From positions 4,508 through 68,507 of the IMG/VR virus record IMGVR_UViG_3300028654_000018: a stretch of 64,000 nucleotides of DNA. One strand, 5' to 3'. The stretch is from a virus. Made by a program: the position numbers and the translations under genes. Position 1 is the first letter of the stretch; each line of letters starts with the position of its first letter. Under the pieces are notes generated by a model. That model worked only from the letters and a program-made list of their open reading frames with translations. It did not search any database and was not told the origin of the DNA. Positions 62,536-64,000 of this stretch are shown here, one piece after another.

Positions 62536-63297
62536 ATGTCATTTAAATTGGGCAGATTGCCACGCTTATTCAACCCGAAAATTATGCACATGTCTGCTTT
62601 GATGTGTGCGAAAAATATTCCTACGCCACCAGATTCGGTTGATTGGACTAAAGGAATTACTGATTGGGGCATGATGAACAACGATACCTTAGGATGTTGC
62701 ACTTGTGCTGCAGTCGGCCATGCGCGACAAGTTTGGAGCGTAAACGTGCTAACCGAACAAACTATTCCCGACGATTGCGTTTTAAAATTATATGAAGCTG
62801 CCTGCGGATATAAACCCGGCGATCCATCGACAGATCAAGGCGGCATTGAACAAAATGTGTTGTCATATATCATGCATACTGGAATACCATTAGCTGACGG
62901 TACCGTTGATAAAATTATTGGCTTTATCGAAGTCGATCCGCGGAACAGTCAAGACGTAAAAGTTACCATTAATGATTTTGGCGTGGCATATATTGGATTT
63001 CAAGTTCCGAATAGTATATATGATGAAACAGGAATGCCAAAAGCTATTTGGGAATATGATGCAAATCACACGCAAGTAGAAGGTGGCCATGCAATTATAT
63101 GCGTGGGCTATGATAATGAATATGTTACTGTAATTTCATGGGGCAGCATTTATAAAATGTCATGGCAATTTTTTTCGGCATACACGGACGAAGTCTATGC
63201 AATTATTTCTCCGGATTGGATTGCATCGACAGGAAAAGATCCACTCGGCATGTCAGTCGATGATTTAAAACAATTAATGGTAGCAATTAAGGAATAA
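62536..63297 (+). CDS. Papain-like (C1) cysteine peptidase
   Basis: VDW, ND-x2-GCCT, GGHAIICVGYD, SWG; AGGAG SD; TAAATA upstream. Confidence 0.8.
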   Translation: MSFKLGRLPRLFNPKIMHMSALMCAKNIPTPPDSVDWTKGITDWGMMNNDTLGCCTCAAVGHARQVWSVNVLTEQTIPDDCVLKLYEAACGYKPGDPSTDQGGIEQNVLSYIMHTGIPLADGTVDKIIGFIEVDPRNSQDVKVTINDFGVAYIGFQVPNSIYDETGMPKAIWEYDANHTQVEGGHAIICVGYDNEYVTVISWGSIYKMSWQFFSAYTDEVYAIISPDWIASTGKDPLGMSVDDLKQLMVAIKE

Positions 63298-63330
63298 AAA
63301 AAGCCCCGCTAAAGTTGCGAGGCTCTTTTC
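63298..63330. terminator. Bidirectional terminator between convergent genes
   Basis: AAAAAGCCCCGC...GCGAGGCTCTTTT hairpin. Confidence 0.6.
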
Positions 63331-63347
63331 ATTTTATTTTTTATTAA

Positions 63348-63539
63348 TTAGAGGCTGTAACGTGCAGCCGAGCCGCCATTACGTGTCGTAAAGCGTGTAG
63401 TACGAACCTTCACGCCCGATTGACGCAATTCGTCGATACGTGCGGTAAGATTTAGAATTCCACGTGTGCGGGCTTGAGCAACCGTGAGAGTTTTGCCTGA
63501 ACGAAGAGTTGTAAGAATCTTCTGTGTCTGAGTAACCAT
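63348..63539 (-). CDS. Small winged-helix DNA-binding protein
   Basis: TQKILTTLRSGKTLT...LTARIDELRQSG...ARYSL; AGGAG SD; start MVTQT. Confidence 0.75.
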   Translation of the reverse strand: MVTQTQKILTTLRSGKTLTVAQARTRGILNLTARIDELRQSGVKVRTTRFTTRNGGSAARYSL

Positions 63540-63657
63540 TTTATTCTCCTGGATTAAAGTTAGTTGTTTGTTTTTAAAAACAAACGGCGCATAATACGCC
63601 GTTTCATTAAAGACAACATAACAAACATGAGGATCATAGTCAATCGAATAATGAGGT

Positions 63658-63990
63658 CTATAAAGAAATCGGAGATAGATCGGCGAATGGATAAAATTCT
63701 TTAACTTTTGCATCGCTAACTCGAAGAGATTCCAATGCGTAGTCGAGCGTAACTTTGTTTAACAAATAATGATCGATTACTGGTCCAGATAATTTACGAT
63801 TTTTTGAAAATGTAAGAATTTCTTTTTCGAAGTACTCAATTTCCGCAGTGAGTTTTTTCATAGAGGCAATTTGAATTTCTCTTGACTGCACATATTCTAC
63901 GTATTGCGGCGGCAAGTTTTTTAAGGACGCTTGCCGTTCCTTTTCTTTCTTTTGCTCACGCGCTTGCGCTAGATCAATAATATCATTCAT
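63658..63990 (-). CDS. Hypothetical protein
   Basis: ORF track. Confidence 0.55.
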   Translation of the reverse strand: MNDIIDLAQAREQKKEKERQASLKNLPPQYVEYVQSREIQIASMKKLTAEIEYFEKEILTFSKNRKLSGPVIDHYLLNKVTLDYALESLRVSDAKVKEFYPFADLSPISL

Positions 63991-64000
63991 TATGGTAGTA

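Noticed and set aside
1094-63090. Many plus-strand ORFs antisense to recognisable genes (e.g. 1459-1848, 16006-16680, 23693-24031, 40589-41128, 53351-53713)
   Set aside because: Shadow ORFs of real minus-strand genes, with no motifs or ribosome-binding sites.
1-64000. Genome-wide amber recoding suggested by the CUA tRNA
   Set aside because: Core genes are uninterrupted under code 11, and several genes end at TAG with the next gene close behind (e.g. stops at 17483, 27155, 30999).

Overview
An AT-rich, gene-dense segment of a large tailed (jumbo, distantly T4-like) phage genome, transcribed mostly from the minus strand. It holds core genes (gp32-like SSB, terminase large subunit, RNase H, dNMP kinase, probable sliding clamp, ThyX, family B DNA polymerase, GroES). 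Auxiliary genes (SerC, cytochrome c, BacA/YddA-like ABC transporter, agmatinase, shikimate kinase, priming sugar transferase) suggest an alphaproteobacterial host, by inference. There is a large translation/tRNA toolkit: 25 hand-folded tRNA genes, an RNase P RNA, an RNA ligase, a Pth2-like hydrolase and an ATE/Bpt-like transferase. The two strongest novel signals are RNA-level translation sensors absent from the ORF track. (1) A 35-codon leader peptide with a 1:2/2:3/3:4 transcription attenuator precedes a 10-tRNA operon, and its central codons specify all nine amino acids of those tRNAs. (2) An amber-suppressor tRNA is followed by a leader with an in-frame UAG, an RAPP-like RASP motif and a hairpin that hides the ribosome-binding site of a two-gene operon ending in a peptidyl-tRNA hydrolase. 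All calls come from reading motifs by eye; no database search or folding program was run.
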